64,000 nt of DNA, from NCBI GenBank assembly GCA_050015075.1, contig JBEKCB010000005.1, positions 137,436-201,435 on the forward strand, written 5' to 3'. Of the stretch, positions 63,077 to 64,000 are shown one piece after another (positions within the stretch are counted from its first letter, which is position 1; every line of letters begins with the position of its first letter). The translations under genes and the position numbers were made by a program. The notes under the pieces were generated by a model. The model made no database searches. It saw nothing but the letters and a program-made list of their open reading frames with translations, and was not told the origin of the DNA. The stretch comes from Candidatus Brocadiia bacterium (GTDB lineage: Bacteria; Planctomycetota; Brocadiia; CAIUPP01).

Positions 63077-64000
63077 TCACGCTGAACGGAATGTAACGAT
63101 TCTCGCCAATTTCTTCAAGCTGGCCGCCGCGGATTCCCACCCGATCAGGATCGGGCTGGCGATGAAGATCGAGGAATACGTGCCCACGACCACGCCCACG
63201 GTCATGACGAAGGCGAACCCGTGGATGACCGGCCCGCCCATGATGTAAAGCACCACGACCACGAAGAGCACGGTCAGGCTCGTCAGCACGGTCCGCGACA
63301 GCGTCTGGTTCACGCTCGTATCCACCAGCGCCGCATCCACGCGGCGCCGCACCCCGCCCATGTTCTCGCGGATTCGGTCGAACACGACGATGGTGTCGTT
63401 GGCGGAGTAGCCCATCAGCGTCAGGAAGGCGGCGATCATGGTCAGGTTGACCTTGATGTCGCTGAAACCGAGGAAGTTGCCGACCGGCGTTCCGGAGAGC
63501 GCGTCCGCCACGCCGACCGCTCCGAGGGTGAAGCAGACGTCGTGCACCAGCGCAATGACCGTGGCGAGGCCGAACTTGGACTCGCCGAACCGGAACCACA
63601 GGTAGAAGATCATGGCCACCCAGCTCATGAGGATCGCCAGCACAGCCTTGTTGCGGGTCTCGCCGGCGACCGCCGAGCCGATGGTCTCGATGCTGCGGAA
63701 CGGGTCGCTCAGCCTTTGCTTGACGGCCTCGACGATGGCCGTCTGCGCGGCGGCAACCTGCTGCGCGTTCCCGGTCAGCCGGATATACATCTCCTTCGCC
63801 TGCGTCTTGCCGACGGCGACGGTGTTGATGTTCCCCTGCATGACCATCGCATCGCCGTACCCGGCGCTGACGAGCGTGGCGTGGATCTGCTGCAGTTGCA
63901 CCGGCTGGCTGAGCGTCAGCTTGAAGAACTGCGCGCCCACCGCCAGCTCGGCGGCCCAGTCCGGCGCCGGCGCCGGCGTCAGCTCGACGGTGACCGCCTG
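63077..64000 (-). CDS. secF: protein translocase SecF (C-terminal part, possibly a SecDF fusion), truncated by the window
   Basis: IFYLWFRF, IALVHDV, LMGYSANDTIVVFDRIREN, QTLSRT, VGTYSSIFIASP. Confidence 0.93.
   Translation of the reverse strand, partial: QAVTVELTPAPAPDWAAELAVGAQFFKLTLSQPVQLQQIHATLVSAGYGDAMVMQGNINTVAVGKTQAKEMYIRLTGNAQQVAAAQTAIVEAVKQRLSDPFRSIETIGSAVAGETRNKAVLAILMSWVAMIFYLWFRFGESKFGLATVIALVHDVCFTLGAVGVADALSGTPVGNFLGFSDIKVNLTMIAAFLTLMGYSANDTIVVFDRIRENMGGVRRRVDAALVDTSVNQTLSRTVLTSLTVLFVVVVLYIMGGPVIHGFAFVMTVGVVVGTYSSIFIASPILIGWESAAASLKKLARIVTFRSA

Overview
GC-rich, gene-dense 64-kb stretch of a bacterial chromosome, probably Planctomycetota/PVC superphylum. This assignment is an inference from a Minf_1886/TIGR04138-type gene, an HTH-acidic-TM protein and a planctomycete-style LptD; rubrerythrin-like and MTH1675-like genes hint at an anaerobe. 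Most of the window is housekeeping: rlmN, a glycogen cluster (GH57, DUF4912, glgC, response regulator, galT-like), birA, sppA, gnd, a glcD-like oxidase, aconitase, metG, yaaT, nadK, xseAB, ymdB, coaD, lptD, dinB, dapF, rpmF-plsX-fabH-fabD-fabG-acpP-fabF and a partial secF/secDF. I saw no rRNA, tRNA, CRISPR array, transposase or integrase. The most notable observations are: (1) an unannotated 37-aa, 9-Cys metallothionein-like ORF with its own RBS and candidate promoter (30501-30614, minus); (2) a ~1330-aa PAS protein whose remainder is a 56-aa-period array of signalling-helix-like coiled-coil repeats with no output domain; (3) a ~3-kb insertion flanked by a 146-bp direct repeat that duplicates the 5' end of a possibly BshC-like gene; (4) a 49-bp A/B-alternating tandem array between xseA and xseB, grown from one arm of a REP-like hairpin, plus two other intergenic repeat families; (5) a GHMP kinase-like and a nucleotidyltransferase-like protein with degenerate catalytic motifs; (6) a candidate structured RNA upstream of the glcD-like gene. 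All family calls come from motif recognition by eye; no searches were run.
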